Positions 61,725 through 64,000 of a DNA stretch of 64,000 nt are shown one piece after another; the first letter of the stretch is position 1, and every line of letters begins with the position of its first letter. The notes under the pieces were generated by a model, which was not told where the DNA came from, did no database searches, and saw only the letters and a list, made by a program, of their open reading frames with translations. Made by a program: the position numbers and the translations under genes. This DNA is from Mustelus asterias (lineage: Eukaryota). The stretch lies in contig NC_135811.1 in assembly GCF_964213995.1 (NCBI RefSeq), positions 3,472,001 through 3,536,000 of the forward strand, given 5' to 3'.

Positions 61725-63081
61725 CTACATGAGAACCAAAGATAAGTGACTCACAGACTTACTCATTCATGTCAATGTTCACTGAAGACACAAATGTTTA
61801 AGGATTTGCCTGTCCAACACTAAAAAAATCACATGGCACTGTTCAATGAGGAAATAGGAACGCACTGCCCGGGGAGGTGATGGGAGCAGGTACGATAGCA
61901 GCATTTAAGGGGCAACAAGATGAACACGTGAATAGGATGGGAATGGAAGGATATGGACTCTAAGTGCATGCGGTTTTAGTTCAGGCAGGCATCATGATCG
62001 GCGCAGGCTTGGAGGGCCGAAGGGCCTGTTCCTGTGCTGTACTTTTCTTTGTTCTAGGAACTCTCCCACTGTCCTGGCCAACATTGATCCCTGTACTAAC
62101 ATCAAATCTCAGTGCTGCTTGTGGAACTCTGCTGTGATATTTCCACCTTAAACAGTAACTGTTCAGCTGGATTCATTCTCCTTGAGCAATGGGTTTGAGG
62201 GCGATGAGGGGCTGCATTTTAACAGCATGAAAACTGCTGTATAAATTTAAGCTCTTTCCCCTTACTGGCACTAAGTATGCCTGAACACTTAATGGGCACA
62301 GTGGCAGTGTTAGCACCGTTGCCTCACAGTACCAGGGACTCGGGTTCAATTTGGGCCTCAGGTGATTGTGTGGTATTTGCATATTCTTCCCATGTCTACG
62401 TGGTTTCCTGCGTGGATTTCCTCCAACAGTCCAACAAAGTTAGGTGGATTTGGATTAGTCGTGGCAAACGTGTGGGATTGTACGGATAGGGCGGAGGGGA
62501 GGGCCTGGGGGAATGCTCTTTTGGAGAGTTGGTGCAGACTTGATGGGCCGAATGGCCTCCTTCTGTACTGTAGGAATTGTATGGTAATCAGAGTGAGCCT
62601 CTTTATAGTTTTTAAAGATGAACTGGAAGGAACCAGGGGAATAAGGAGAATGGGCACTGAAAACAGTACTTGCTAAAAATTCTTACAGCAGATTAAATAC
62701 TTATGAACTAGGAGCAGAAGACCATTCAGCCCTAGCCTGCTCTGCCATTTAGCAAGATCGCTGCTGATCTGATTGTAAACTCAACTCCACATTCCCATCT
62801 ACCTCTCTAACCCATCACCCCCTTGCTTATCATCTCTAAGAATATTCAACGGCTGTGCATCCGCTGCCTTTAGAAAGTGTTCTAAAGGCTCAGGATTCTT
62901 AGAAAAATGTTTTCCTCATCTTGGTCTTAAATGGGCGACACCTCATTTTTACACAGTGACCTCCTAGTTTTAGATTGTCCCACAGAATGAAACACCCTCT
63001 CCACATCGACTCTGTCAAATCTCCTCGGGATCTTGTATGTTTCAATCACTTTTCTAGACTCTGGTGGATACAAAACTAACT

Positions 63082-63868
63082 TAGAAACATAGAAAAACTA
63101 CAGCACAAACAGGCCCTTCGGCCCACAAGTTGTGCCGAACACATCCCTACCTTCTAGACCTACCTATAACCCTCCATCCTATTAAGCTCCATGTACTCAT
63201 CCAGGAGTCTCTTAAAAGACCCCATTGAGTTCGCCTCCACCACCACTGACGGCAGCCGATTCCACTCGCCCACTACCCTCTGTGAAAAGCTTACCCCTAA
63301 CATCTCCCCTGTACCTACCCCCCAGCACCTTAAACCTGTGTCCTCTCGTAGCAGACATTTCCACCCTGGGAAAAAGCCTCTGAGAGTCCACCCGATCTAT
63401 GCCTCTCAACATCTTATATACCTCTATTAGGTCTCCTCTCATCCTTCGTCTCTCCAAGGAGAAAAGACCGAGCTCCCTCAGCCTATCCTCATAAGGCATG
63501 CCACTCAATCCAGGCAACATCCTTGTAAATCTCCTCTGCACCCTTTCAATCTTTTCCACATCTTTCCTATAGTGAGGCGACCAGAACTGAGCACAGTACT
63601 CCAAGTGGGGTCTGACGAGGGTCTTATATAGCTGCATCATTATCCCCGGACTCAAACTCAATCCCTCGATTGCTAACGGCCAGCACACCATACGCCTTCT
63701 TAACCACCTCCTCCACCTGCAGGGCCGATTTTAGAGTCCTATGGACCCGGACCCCAAGGTCCTTCTGATCCTCTACAGTACTAAGAGTCTTTCCCTTTAT
63801 ATTGTACTCCTTCATCCCATTTGACCTATCAAAATGGACCACGACACATTTATCTGGGTTGATGTCCA
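63082..63868 (-). mobile_element. CR1 3' portion, same young subfamily as 4831-5600
   Basis: Near-identical by eye to 4831-5600. Confidence 0.92.
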
Positions 63869-64000
63869 ACCTTTCCTCATAAGCCCATTCTAGGTATTAG
63901 TTAAGCAAACTTTCTGAACTGCTTTCAATGCATTTACATCCTTCCTTAATAAAATCTCACCAATGTCCTGTATAACTGAAACGTACTTTGTACTCAATTC

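Overview
Vertebrate genomic DNA, almost certainly from a cartilaginous fish (shark), judged from HE1/V-SINE, SacSINE1-like DeuSINE and shark-type CR1 repeats. It holds four spliced genes, built by hand from GT-AG sites and recalled similarity to the human proteins. FBXW4 contributes its last exon (+, 1495-1629, missed by the ORF track). DPCD is complete (-, 6 exons, 17717-4022, 203 aa). POLL / DNA polymerase lambda is complete (+, 7 coding exons, 21065-42137, 585 aa) and lies head-to-head with DPCD. An OGA/MGEA5-type gene contributes its last two exons (-, 61724-58400) and lies tail-to-tail with POLL. The rest is nested retroelements (CR1, Rex1/Babar, RTE, a Gypsy relic, Penelope, SINEs) and minisatellites. 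Highlights: (1) several Penelope-derived insertions carry minimal hammerhead ribozymes, including one with a compensatory U3-A8 core and two fold-back copies that break inside the ribozyme; (2) a tandem repeat multiplies the DPCD exon-1 splice donor eight times and reads in frame as Gly-X-Y; (3) the bidirectional promoter has an RFX X-box plus five phased forkhead sites; (4) the gene order differs from human (OGA-type gene, not BTRC, next to POLL), which may mark a paralogous locus; (5) minisatellites have arisen inside TEs, and there are locally templated insertions. Repeat boundaries are approximate and no database searches were run.
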